From the NCBI GenBank assembly GCA_946611195.1, contig CAMODB010000003.1:5264-69263 (forward strand): 64,000 bases of DNA, written 5' to 3'. The DNA comes from an uncultured Bacillota bacterium. Its GTDB lineage: Bacteria > Bacillota_I > Bacilli_A > ML615J-28 > CAG-313. Under the pieces are notes generated by a model, which saw only the letters and a list, made by a program, of their open reading frames with translations, did not search any database and was not told the origin of the DNA. Every line of letters begins with the position of its first letter. Position 1 is the stretch's first letter. Shown here one piece after another: positions 9,650 to 18,477 of this stretch. The position numbers were made by a program, and so were the translations under genes.

Positions 9650-10699
9650 TTAAGCTTTAGTTCCACAATTTGGACAGAATTTTGTTCCAGCAGGAAGTTC
9701 TTTACCACAATTTGTACAGAATTTCTTTTGTGCTACAGGAGTTCCACATTCAGGACAGAATTTAGAACCACTAGGAACTGGCTTACCACAATTAGAACAC
9801 ATTACACCATTACCAAAACTATTAGTTTGTGGTGCTTGATTATGTTGATTCATTGCGTTAGCCATATTATTACCCATAGCCATACCAGCCGCAAGTCCAA
9901 TACCAGCGCCAGCTAAACCACCACCATTAGGATTATTAGCAGCATCACGCATAGCTTCAGCAGCTTGAAGACGAGTATAAGTATCTACTTGATCACTCAT
10001 TAAGCCAGTAGCAGCTCTCTTATCAATAGCTTTTTCTACTTCTTCTGGTAGAACAATTGATTCAACATAGAATGCACAAATTTCAAGACCGATAGACGCA
10101 AAATCATCAACTAATTCTGCTTTTACATTATCACCAATTTCTACATATTTAGCAGGTAAATCAATAGCTGCTACTTTAGCTGATCCAATTACTTTTGTAA
10201 AATTAGCTACAACCATACTTCTAAAATATTCAACTAGTGAATTTGTATCATAACTCTTATTTGTACCAAATATTTCTCTCATAAATTGAGCAGCATCAGC
10301 TACTCTAAAGGAATATGTACCACGTCCAGCAAGTCTTACCATACCGAATTCTGCATCACGCATTGTAATCTTACTTGAAGTACCCCATTTCATATTAGTA
10401 AATTGTTTAGTATTTACATAATAAACATCTGCCTTAAATGGTGAATCAAAGCCATATTTCCAACTTGCAAGTTTTGTAAGAATTGGCATATTACCAGTTG
10501 TTAATTTATGTTCACCTGGACCATAAACATCCGCAATTTGTCCCATACTTACTAGTAAGGCAACTTGACTTTCAGCTACAATTAATTGACAGCCATTCAT
10601 AATTTCATCACGATCTGTCATTTCATATTTGTGAACAATCGTACTTTGAGTAGGATCATCCCATTTAATAACCTTTAATAATTGTCTAAATAAACCCAT
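9650..10699 (-). CDS. SPFH/band-7-like protein (COG4260 'virion core protein-like', B. subtilis YdjI-like) with C-terminal double zinc ribbon
   Basis: 349 aa. N-terminal MGLFRQLLKVIKWDDP..., SPFH-like core, Gly/Ala/Asn-rich linker, then CSNCG..CPECG and CTNCG..CPNCG. RBS aAGGAGaagaaaaa upstream of the ATG. Confidence 0.75.
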   Translation of the reverse strand: MGLFRQLLKVIKWDDPTQSTIVHKYEMTDRDEIMNGCQLIVAESQVALLVSMGQIADVYGPGEHKLTTGNMPILTKLASWKYGFDSPFKADVYYVNTKQFTNMKWGTSSKITMRDAEFGMVRLAGRGTYSFRVADAAQFMREIFGTNKSYDTNSLVEYFRSMVVANFTKVIGSAKVAAIDLPAKYVEIGDNVKAELVDDFASIGLEICAFYVESIVLPEEVEKAIDKRAATGLMSDQVDTYTRLQAAEAMRDAANNPNGGGLAGAGIGLAAGMAMGNNMANAMNQHNQAPQTNSFGNGVMCSNCGKPVPSGSKFCPECGTPVAQKKFCTNCGKELPAGTKFCPNCGTKA

Positions 10700-10724
10700 T
10701 TTTTCTTCTCCTTATTATTTATTT

Positions 10725-12227
10725 TTATAATTTATAGGTTATAGCTGATTTAACAGCTTGTTTCCATCCATCTAATTTTTTATGTCTTTCTTCATGTGTG
10801 ATATCAGGCATAAACATTGTGTCAATGATATGTAATCTCTTAACATCTTCCAAATCTTTATATAAACCAACTTTAAGTCCCGCAATAAAAGCAGCACCAA
10901 GAGCAGTAGTTTCTTTACATACAGCACGATTTAATGTACAATTTAAAAGATCAGCTTGGAATTGCATCAAATAATTATTAACGCTTGCTCCACCATCAAC
11001 ACCTAAACTCTTAATTCTAATACCACTCGCTTCTTGCATTACTTCTAATATATCTCTTGATTGATAAGCAATTGCTTCTACTGTTGCCGCAATAATATGA
11101 TCTTTTGTCGTAGTTCTTCTTAAGCCAAAACAAGCTCCTCTGACTTCAGCATCCCAATATGGTGTACCTAAACCAATAAAAGCGGGAACTAAATAAACAC
11201 CTTGACTTGGATTCTTAATCTTTAAGCTCTTTTCACAATCTTTGGATTCTTTAAAAAAATCCATTTCATCTCTTAACCATTGAATACCAGCACCACCGAT
11301 AAAGACACTACCTTCTAAAGCATATTCAACATTACCATCAATACCCCAAGCAATTGTCGAAAGTAATCCATATTTAGGATTTTTAACTGGTTTTTTCGTA
11401 TTCATTAACATGAAACAACCAGTTCCATATGTATTTTTCGAATCACCTTCATTAAAACAACAATGACCAAATAAGGATGCTTGTTGGTCACCAATCATAC
11501 TAACAATTGGTACATCTTTAAAATCTTTATCAATATCACATAAGGCTGTAGCATAACCAAATAAACTATTACAATCTTTTACTTCCGGTAAAATACATTT
11601 AGGAATATCATAGATACCTAATAATTCATCATCCCAGCATTTATCGTAAATGTTATACATCATTGTTCTCGATGCATTAGTATAATCAGTTGCATGAACA
11701 GTACCATTAGTTAATTTGTATAATAAGAAACAATCAATGGTTCCCATATAAAGTTCACCATTTTGACTTCTTTCTTTAACACCTTTCACATTTTCAAATA
11801 ACCAAATAACTTTGGAAGCTGAAAAATAAGAATTAATAATTAAACCAGTTTTACTTTGAATTAAACCTTGATATCCTTTTTTTACTAATCGATCACAAAT
11901 TTCTTGACTTTGTCTACTTTGCCAAACAATCGCATTATATACTGTTTTACCAGTTACTTTATCCCAAAGAACAGTAGTTTCTCTTTGATTAGTAATCGCT
12001 ATCCCCGCAATATCTTTTGCCTTAATACCAGTTTGGTTTAAAACATTGGCAATTGTAGTATAAGTCTTTTCCCAAATTTCTTTAGGATTATGTTCAATAT
12101 AACCATCATAAGGAGAAATTAATTCTAATTCCATTTGATTCATACAAACAATGTTTGCTTTTTCATCAAAAATAATGGTTCTAGTACTAGTAGTACCTTG
12201 ATCAATCGTTAAAATATATTTCTTCAT
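10725..12227 (-). CDS. glpK: Glycerol kinase
   Basis: 500 aa; FGGY-kinase N-terminus MKKYILTIDQGTTSTR; full-length similarity pattern to GlpK (…GWKQAV near the C-terminus). Confidence 0.95.
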   Translation of the reverse strand: MKKYILTIDQGTTSTRTIIFDEKANIVCMNQMELELISPYDGYIEHNPKEIWEKTYTTIANVLNQTGIKAKDIAGIAITNQRETTVLWDKVTGKTVYNAIVWQSRQSQEICDRLVKKGYQGLIQSKTGLIINSYFSASKVIWLFENVKGVKERSQNGELYMGTIDCFLLYKLTNGTVHATDYTNASRTMMYNIYDKCWDDELLGIYDIPKCILPEVKDCNSLFGYATALCDIDKDFKDVPIVSMIGDQQASLFGHCCFNEGDSKNTYGTGCFMLMNTKKPVKNPKYGLLSTIAWGIDGNVEYALEGSVFIGGAGIQWLRDEMDFFKESKDCEKSLKIKNPSQGVYLVPAFIGLGTPYWDAEVRGACFGLRRTTTKDHIIAATVEAIAYQSRDILEVMQEASGIRIKSLGVDGGASVNNYLMQFQADLLNCTLNRAVCKETTALGAAFIAGLKVGLYKDLEDVKRLHIIDTMFMPDITHEERHKKLDGWKQAVKSAITYKL

Positions 12228-12232
12228 TTTAT

Positions 12233-13726
12233 TTACCTTAAAAATTTCTTATAATTTTTCATTTCATACATTTTCTTATCCGCAACTTCAATAATTTCTT
12301 CTAAGGAAGCATTATTACCAAAACTTGCAACACCATAAGAGAATGAAGAATTATTCTTTGCTTCTAAATCATCAATAATTTGTTTAAATACATCATTCAA
12401 ATCTTCTTCTTCACTTAAAGATAAAAGAATAAATTCATCACCACCGAAACGATATAAACGATCAGATGGTCCTTTTTTAGCTTTAATAGCTTCGACAATT
12501 TGAATAATATGATGGTCTCCGCTTTCATGACCAAATAAGTCATTAACAATTTTTAGATTATCGATATCAATGAAAACTAAAGTTCCCCCATTAGGATTTT
12601 TAGTATAAATACTATCCCAATCCGAATTTAGCATAAAACGATTATAACAATTTGTTAAATAATCTTTACTAACTCTATCATCAATCTTTAAAAGTCGATT
12701 TTCTAGTTTATTTAAACGGAAGTTTTCCAAAGAAATTGCTTTATTAATAAAAGTTTGTGTTTTAAAATAATTATTAATGATTTCACGATATTCATTAATA
12801 TATTTCTTAATATTCTTTTGATTATTACGATCTTCAAATAAATCAAATAATTTAATTTGAATGATTGATTTATCACCAATAATCTTTTTACAATTAATAA
12901 TAAATTTACAAATTGCAATTATATCTTCTCGATTATTAGTTGTATCTAAAGCATTAATCAATTCAATATGAACATCAATAGGCATTTCCAGCATTACAAA
13001 TTCATCAGCTTCCGTCATAAGTTGATGCATCAAATCGATATATTTCTTTTGTTCAAATTTCTTTTCAAAAATTAAAGAATAGAATAAAAATGACAATTCA
13101 GAATAGGCATAAATATTATCAAATTTAGAATGATGATTGATTAAATCTAAATAATTAGATAATTTATCTTTATTAATGGTTGCCGATAAATAGTTCTTAT
13201 TTTTAATATTAATTAAAAGTAAGTTATTTAAATAAATTACATTCATTGTTTGGAAGATATCCGTATCTGTATCAAAATAATACATTGTTGCATCCAAACA
13301 TTTTTGGCTATATTTAATTGTTTCATCAAGTAAATTCAATGAATAACACATTACCGCCATGAATTTAAAAGTATTAATCTTCATAAATGGATAATTATAT
13401 CCTGAATTTTCTAATTCCAAGCCATATTCAATAGCTTTAGGATAAGATGGTAGTACATAATAAACCATAAAGAATGTATAACTTACATAACGTTGAATAA
13501 CAATATCATCATAAACTTTAAATTCTTCACATAGATAGAATAAAGTTTTAATAATCGCATTATCACGACTAAATAAATAATATTTTGCGAAAACTGGTAA
13601 ATATTTACTAGCAGCAACCGGATTTTTGAATTTAATATCAATTACATCGCTTATCGCATTAAGAATTTCTTCGGTTGTAATGGTTCTATCATCTATTTTT
13701 CCATTTAAAGTATCTAAATCAAACAT
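12233..13726 (-). CDS. Diguanylate cyclase: helical TPR-like N-terminal domain + GGDEF domain
   Basis: 497 aa. C-terminal DYLTNCYNRF…VFIDIDNLKIVNDLFGHESGD…RFGGDEFILL with an intact GGDEF. The position of the RxxD I-site reads GPSD. ~340-aa helical N-terminal region with no TM. RBS aaaatAGGAGGaatgt upstream of the ATG. Confidence 0.85.
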   Translation of the reverse strand: MFDLDTLNGKIDDRTITTEEILNAISDVIDIKFKNPVAASKYLPVFAKYYLFSRDNAIIKTLFYLCEEFKVYDDIVIQRYVSYTFFMVYYVLPSYPKAIEYGLELENSGYNYPFMKINTFKFMAVMCYSLNLLDETIKYSQKCLDATMYYFDTDTDIFQTMNVIYLNNLLLINIKNKNYLSATINKDKLSNYLDLINHHSKFDNIYAYSELSFLFYSLIFEKKFEQKKYIDLMHQLMTEADEFVMLEMPIDVHIELINALDTTNNREDIIAICKFIINCKKIIGDKSIIQIKLFDLFEDRNNQKNIKKYINEYREIINNYFKTQTFINKAISLENFRLNKLENRLLKIDDRVSKDYLTNCYNRFMLNSDWDSIYTKNPNGGTLVFIDIDNLKIVNDLFGHESGDHHIIQIVEAIKAKKGPSDRLYRFGGDEFILLSLSEEEDLNDVFKQIIDDLEAKNNSSFSYGVASFGNNASLEEIIEVADKKMYEMKNYKKFLR

Positions 13727-13735
13727 ACATTCCTC

Positions 13736-13969
13736 CTATTTTCTATCTTCATTTTCTTTATTTTTCTTCATAAAGATAGAAATAAACACAAAATTAACTA
13801 GTCCCCAAATAATAAAGAGACCTATTTCAACTAAAATATAATACAATAATCTCATATTCCAAAATTTATTATTTAGTAGTGTAAAAATAAAAACTAATAA
13901 AATTGTAATAACACTACTAATAATAAATTCAATTTTAATCTTCTTCTCTAATTTCATTTTTACCCTCAA
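13736..13969 (-). CDS. Small two-TM membrane protein (77 aa), hypothetical
   Basis: Two hydrophobic helices (FIISSVITILLVFIFTLL; ILVEIGLFIIWGLVNFVFISIF) and a basic tail. Sits 9 nt upstream of the GGDEF gene and overlaps the 3' end of the upstream gene. Start uncertain (alternative Met 4 codons in). Confidence 0.4.
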   Translation of the reverse strand: MRVKMKLEKKIKIEFIISSVITILLVFIFTLLNNKFWNMRLLYYILVEIGLFIIWGLVNFVFISIFMKKNKENEDRK

Positions 13970-14645
13970 AAAATGTTTCTAATTTTGGTATGATTGCTTC
14001 AACATAAAGTATTTTATCTAATAATTTATTCATCAAACTAATCATTGGTCCCGTAAAGATTACAAAGATAATCGTTCCAATACCCACTCCGGTAATCTTA
14101 CCAATTAGAAAATAACTTAATATTAAACTTATTATTAAAAAGATTAAATCATAAATAATTTTAAATAATCCTTGTCGAAAATGATATTTTCTCGGAACGG
14201 CGATAATAAAATAATCATAAATAGTTGGACAAAGATAAGTTCTACCAAATAATGAAACAGAAAATCCTAATAAAATAATAGCTAATATTAAATATATAAT
14301 TCTAACTGCTAACGATAGATTTTGACATATTTCTAAATTGGGATTAAAGATTGGGATAAGTTGAAACAATCTCAAGAATCCACCATAAATTAGACCAGTA
14401 ACAAAAGTAAATAAATAAATTATTCTTACCCTTCTCATAATTAAACAAAAAATTAATAATAATATGAATTGCACCATATATTCTGCTAAACTCATACTAA
14501 TATTAAATTTTTGACTTAAAACATAAGCCGGACCATTTAAAACACTGATACCAAAATTACTTGCTATAGCTAAACAGACAGAAAAGGCGATAATTATTAC
14601 CGCAATAAAATATATTGTTTCTTTATGAATATGTAATTTTTGCAT
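13935..14645 (-). CDS. Polytopic membrane protein, YczE/YitT-like (tentative)
   Basis: 236 aa, ~6 TM. Pattern FSVCLAIASNFGISVLNGPAYVLSQ resembles YczE-type proteins. TAATG overlap with the upstream gene. Confidence 0.5.
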   Translation of the reverse strand: MQKLHIHKETIYFIAVIIIAFSVCLAIASNFGISVLNGPAYVLSQKFNISMSLAEYMVQFILLLIFCLIMRRVRIIYLFTFVTGLIYGGFLRLFQLIPIFNPNLEICQNLSLAVRIIYLILAIILLGFSVSLFGRTYLCPTIYDYFIIAVPRKYHFRQGLFKIIYDLIFLIISLILSYFLIGKITGVGIGTIIFVIFTGPMISLMNKLLDKILYVEAIIPKLETFFEGKNEIREED

Positions 14646-15172
14646 TAGATAATTACCTTTTGTGCTTTCATAAAGTCATATAAAGGTAATAAATTATCTT
14701 CTAATAAAATATTATCATCTAACAAATAATCTCTTAAATCTTTTAATTCATTATAATAACGGCTTGAAAAAGTTTCCGATTTTGTTTTAACACTATTTTC
14801 TAAATTCTTATCGGCCATTACAAATAATATCGCAAATTTAGGAGCTTTATTAACAAATGAATGAGCGATAGATTTAATATGATTATTAATTTGTTCATCC
14901 GGTTCTATTTCACGACTAATTTTAATATCTTTAAAATAATCACTATATTTCGTCAAATTATTAATAAAATTTATTTCACCGGCATATAGGAAACGATACG
15001 ATAAGATTGTATCAAGAATAAGTGAAACAAAATAATTATCAAAACTAATTAAAACATCTTCTTTTTTGAGATTCAAATTAGGATCTTTAGTCATAATTTG
15101 ATATGTCTCAAGTATTGTTGATGATAATTGATTATAAATATTTACGATTTTTTCATCATTATTAATAATCAT
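14645..15172 (-). CDS. Hypothetical cytoplasmic helical protein (175 aa)
   Basis: First gene of the operon. GGAGGA RBS at 15181-15186, 8 nt before the ATG. No family recognised (weak TerB-like feel around FAILFVMADKNLENS). Confidence 0.55.
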   Translation of the reverse strand: MIINNDEKIVNIYNQLSSTILETYQIMTKDPNLNLKKEDVLISFDNYFVSLILDTILSYRFLYAGEINFINNLTKYSDYFKDIKISREIEPDEQINNHIKSIAHSFVNKAPKFAILFVMADKNLENSVKTKSETFSSRYYNELKDLRDYLLDDNILLEDNLLPLYDFMKAQKVII

Positions 15173-15196
15173 CGTATCAATCCTCCTTTTTCCTTT

Positions 15197-15225
15197 ATTT
15201 TACCATATTTTATAATAAAGGTCAA
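15197..15225 (-). promoter_or_regulatory. Predicted sigma-A promoter TTGACC-17-TGgTAAAAT for the 8-gene operon 15172-7712
   Basis: Minus-strand -35 TTGACC (15225-15220), 17-nt spacer, extended -10 TGgTAAAAT (-10 at 15202-15197). Located just downstream of the terminator at 15261-15291. Confidence 0.6.
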
Positions 15226-15260
15226 GAATTAGAAAAAACTTTTGTAATAAAACCAATTAT

Positions 15261-15291
15261 AAAAAAATGATCTTTAGTAATCTAAAGATCA
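15261..15291 (-). terminator. Rho-independent terminator of the sigma/anti-sigma operon
   Basis: 10-bp stem tgatctttag (15268-15277) / ctaaagatca (15282-15291), loop taat. Seven A on the plus strand (15261-15267) give a U7 tail on the minus transcript. Confidence 0.8.
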
Positions 15292-15326
15292 ATTTGTAAA
15301 ATATATTAAAAAGATGATATGTCTAT

Positions 15327-15971
15327 TTATTTATTAGTGATATTAATTGTATATTTATTATCATCTAACATTACTTGCATATTGGAATTAAAATATTTTT
15401 CATCACCTTTTTCTAATGAAACCATAATGATAATATTTTCATCAGATGTCAATTCAACCATAATAATATTATTAACCGAATCAATATTATTGATTGTATT
15501 ATTAGGACTTAATACCTGATAATCAATTATTTTTTTATCAATTTCCAAAGAAATTTTCGAATAATTATTATTTTTAATTGTATATGTCAAATCATACGAA
15601 TCTATTTTTTTATTTAAATCAATGGTGATGATGGAGTTTTGATAAATAATATTATTAGTTAAAGAAGATTCATCTGGTGTACTACCTGGATTTGCTTCTA
15701 TAGGAGACTTATCATAGTTAAATCCATTCATCTTATCATCTTTATAAGATGGATGAAAGATAAATGATATTCCAACAATAACAAAAACAATAAAAATCGT
15801 TAAAGAGCCAATAGGTAATAATGTACGTTTGAAGAAGATAGTTTGGCTTTTCTTTCTTTGATTATTGTTTTGGTATTTTTGATAAATCTTATTAGCAACA
15901 ATTGGATTTGGTTCTGGTACAACAATCCTATTTTCCTTAAATAATTCATCAATTGAAATGTTTTTATTCAT
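15327..15971 (-). CDS. Putative anti-sigma factor (single-pass membrane protein)
   Basis: 214 aa; 8-nt overlap with the sigma gene. Central TM LLPIGSLTIFIVFVIVGISFIF splits a short cytoplasmic N-terminus from an Asn-rich external domain. Call rests on context. Confidence 0.55.
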   Translation of the reverse strand: MNKNISIDELFKENRIVVPEPNPIVANKIYQKYQNNNQRKKSQTIFFKRTLLPIGSLTIFIVFVIVGISFIFHPSYKDDKMNGFNYDKSPIEANPGSTPDESSLTNNIIYQNSIITIDLNKKIDSYDLTYTIKNNNYSKISLEIDKKIIDYQVLSPNNTINNIDSVNNIIMVELTSDENIIIMVSLEKGDEKYFNSNMQVMLDDNKYTINITNK

Positions 15972-16470
15972 CGACTATTTCCTCCATCATCGCTTTGATT
16001 TTTTCTTTTCCTTTAGTCAAATATCGTTTTACTGTTGCTTTCGAAATGCCTAAAGTTTCCGCAATTTCATCTTGATTCATTTCATTATCATAATAGAGAA
16101 TCATAATGTTTTTTTCTTTAGGTTTGAGTCTACCTATCAATTCTCTAACTAAATCTACTTGAAATTGACTGACTGTTTGTGAAGAATCGGCACTATTATT
16201 TACTAGGTCATCATCGTATACTAAGTTAGCTCTTTTCATTCTTCTCAGCTCATCTAAACTTTCATTAATCGTAACCCGAATTAGCCAATATAAACGATGA
16301 TTTTCATTTTCAAATTCTTTATTACAATTAAGTAATTTTAAATAAACATTTTGTAGAATATCTTCTGTCTTTGACGCATTATAAACATATCGATAAGCTA
16401 TTCGATATAATTTCTTATACGTTTGATAGTAGATTTCTTCAAATTCTACCTCAGTATACCTCTTACCCAT
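15964..16470 (-). CDS. ECF-type sigma-70 family RNA polymerase sigma factor
   Basis: Region 2 (DILQNVYLKL…WLIRVTINESLDELRR) and region 4 HTH (QDEIAETLGISKATVKRYL). The track starts at GTG 16491, but a TATAAT at 16499-16494 and an AGAGG RBS favour ATG 16470-16468. Confidence 0.8.
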   Translation of the reverse strand: MGKRYTEVEFEEIYYQTYKKLYRIAYRYVYNASKTEDILQNVYLKLLNCNKEFENENHRLYWLIRVTINESLDELRRMKRANLVYDDDLVNNSADSSQTVSQFQVDLVRELIGRLKPKEKNIMILYYDNEMNQDEIAETLGISKATVKRYLTKGKEKIKAMMEEIVDE

Positions 16471-16621
16471 ATACGTAAACCTCTTCTTCACTTATTATAC
16501 GTAAAAAAATCAAAAAATGAACAAAAATTTTAAAATTTTTTTTCTTTTTTTTATTTTAGCATATTAGACATTATAAATCAATAAAATAATAATTAAATAA
16601 CACTTTTTTAAATTGAATTTA

Positions 16622-16630
16622 TGTTATAAT
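16622..16630 (+). promoter_or_regulatory. Extended -10 element TGtTATAAT for udk
   Basis: TGTTATAAT at 16622-16630, about 20 nt before the udk RBS/ATG. It lies inside the spurious TTG-initiated 5' extension in the ORF track. No good -35. Confidence 0.55.
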
Positions 16631-16651
16631 AGAATAAAGGAAGATATAATA

Positions 16652-17275
16652 ATGAAAACAATAATTATCGGTATTGCTGGAGGCACAGCAAGTGGAAAAA
16701 CGACTATTGCAAAGAAACTGTATGATGCTGCAATAAAATTAGGGCCTTGTGATCATTTTAAAATAGATGATTATTATATGAACAAAGATCATATACCTCT
16801 TGATGAAGAAGGAAAACGAAACTATGACCATCCTGATGCCTTAGACATTGATCTAGCTTTAAAGCATTTAAGAGATTTAAAGAATGGTATTGCAATCGAT
16901 AAACCTTTATATGATTTTGTCACATCTTCGAGAATGAAAGAAACCGAACATGTGGAACCAGCAAAAGTAATAATTGTTGAAGGTATTCTAATCTTTGCTA
17001 TAAAGAAACTTCGTAAAGAATTTGATATCAAATTATTTGTTGATACACCTGATGATATTAGATTCATAAGACGTCTCGAAAGAGATATGGTAGAGCGTGG
17101 TAGAAGTCTTGAATCAATTATTAACCAATATTTATCAAGTGTTCGTCCAATGCATGAAGCCTTTGTTGAACCATCGAAAAAATATGCGGATTTAATTATT
17201 CCTGATGGTGGACATAATCAAGTAGCCATGGATTTTCTCTATACAAAAATTTATGATATTTATAAAGAAGAATAG
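16652..17275 (+). CDS. udk: Uridine kinase
   Basis: P-loop GIAGGTASGKTT directly after Met14 of the track ORF. RBS AAGGAAG 9 nt upstream of ATG 16652. 207 aa. Confidence 0.93.
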   Translation: MKTIIIGIAGGTASGKTTIAKKLYDAAIKLGPCDHFKIDDYYMNKDHIPLDEEGKRNYDHPDALDIDLALKHLRDLKNGIAIDKPLYDFVTSSRMKETEHVEPAKVIIVEGILIFAIKKLRKEFDIKLFVDTPDDIRFIRRLERDMVERGRSLESIINQYLSSVRPMHEAFVEPSKKYADLIIPDGGHNQVAMDFLYTKIYDIYKEE

Positions 17276-17310
17276 TCTAAAGAACAAAATCTTTAGACTA
17301 TTATTTTTTT
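17273..17310. terminator. Bidirectional terminator between convergent udk and plsX
   Basis: 11-bp stem tagtctaaaga (17273-17283) / tctttagacta (17290-17300), loop acaaaa, then ttattttttt. Confidence 0.8.
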
Positions 17311-18319
17311 ATTCAGCTGGTTTATATAATTCTTCTTTAATCTTTTCTACAATTTTATTTTCTTGAAGTCTAGCAATTAGATTAATAGAATGGTATACCG
17401 AACTTGCTTTACCACCACCATGAGATTTAACAATTAATTTATTAACACCAAGAAGGATAGCACCTGGATAATTATTATAATTCATCATATCTTTAATACC
17501 ATATACTTCTTTTTTAAGCATTAAAGCACCTAATTTAGTTTTTGCATTCTTTAAAAATGCTTTTTTAATTAATTTTAATAATTCTAAAGCTGTTCCTTCA
17601 GTACTCTTTAATAAAACATTTCCCGCAAAGCCATCACAAACTACTAAATCATAATTACCACTGATGAAATCACGACTTTCCATATTACCAACAAAATTAA
17701 TTGATGGATTATTCTTTAATAATTGATATGTTTCTTTTCTTAACATATCACCTTTTTCTTCTTCGGTACCGATATTAAGTAAGGCAACTCTTGGTTTTTC
17801 AATATTATAACCATATTTCATATACATATTACCCATTATCGCAAATTGTTCAAGCCATACTGGATCACAATCGACATTGGCTCCACTATCGCATACCGCA
17901 ACAACGCCACCATCCATAGTTGGCACAATTGGACATAAAGCAGGTCTCTTAACACCTTTAACCCGTCCGATCTTAAGAACTGCACCGGCAAGCATTGCAC
18001 CTGTAGAACCAAGAGTAATCATTCCGGCTAAATCTTCATTATTTTTTAATAAATCATAAGCTTTAACCATTGAACTATCTGTTTTTTGTTTAATAGCTGC
18101 TGTAGGTGATTCATTACAATCTATAACTTCTGTAGCATTAACAATTTCAATTTGCTCTTTATTATAAGTATATTTAGCTAATTCATTTTTAATTTCTTCT
18201 TCTTTTCCAACTAGAATTAAATATAATTCTTTATTATCATTTATTGCTTTAACAGCACCTTCAATATTTGCTTGTGGACTTAAATCGCCACCATAACAAT
18301 CAACAACAATTTTAATCAT
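17309..18319 (-). CDS. plsX: Phosphate acyltransferase PlsX
   Basis: MIKIVVDCYGGD… typical PlsX N-terminus. I start at ATG 18319-18317 (RBS aaaGGTGAgtaaa) rather than the track's upstream Met. Confidence 0.92.
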   Translation of the reverse strand: MIKIVVDCYGGDLSPQANIEGAVKAINDNKELYLILVGKEEEIKNELAKYTYNKEQIEIVNATEVIDCNESPTAAIKQKTDSSMVKAYDLLKNNEDLAGMITLGSTGAMLAGAVLKIGRVKGVKRPALCPIVPTMDGGVVAVCDSGANVDCDPVWLEQFAIMGNMYMKYGYNIEKPRVALLNIGTEEEKGDMLRKETYQLLKNNPSINFVGNMESRDFISGNYDLVVCDGFAGNVLLKSTEGTALELLKLIKKAFLKNAKTKLGALMLKKEVYGIKDMMNYNNYPGAILLGVNKLIVKSHGGGKASSVYHSINLIARLQENKIVEKIKEELYKPAE

Positions 18320-18415
18320 TTTACTCACCTTTCTTTTTATACTATATTTTACCAATTATTACAATTTTTTTCACTTAATATACTTAATTAATAGCTATTA
18401 CTAAAGAACTATAAT

Positions 18416-18444
18416 TTGACTTTATACATAAAAAGTAGTATAAT
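18416..18444 (+). promoter_or_regulatory. Predicted sigma-A promoter TTGACT-17-TATAAT for degV/GNAT operon
   Basis: TTGACT 18416-18421, 17-nt spacer, TATAAT 18439-18444. GGAGG RBS before ATG 18478. Confidence 0.7.
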
Positions 18445-18477
18445 ATTTAATAGTAATATATAAATGGAGGAAATGAT

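Noticed and set aside
8577-10699. Prophage or viral origin suggested by the COG name 'virion core protein-like' and by visibly higher G+C than the flanks
   Set aside because: The family is the cellular SPFH/YdjI type. There are no phage structural, integrase or lysis genes nearby. The higher G+C is explained by Gly/Ala/Cys-rich composition and is matched by other conserved genes (gdhA, metK).
16500-16530. SigW/ECF-type autoregulatory promoter (TGAAAC-16-CGTATA) upstream of the ECF sigma gene
   Set aside because: A CGTATAAT is present, but the -35 region on the coding (minus) strand reads TGTTCA/TTGATT at the wrong spacing. The GAAC occurs only on the opposite strand, so no ECF promoter is claimed.
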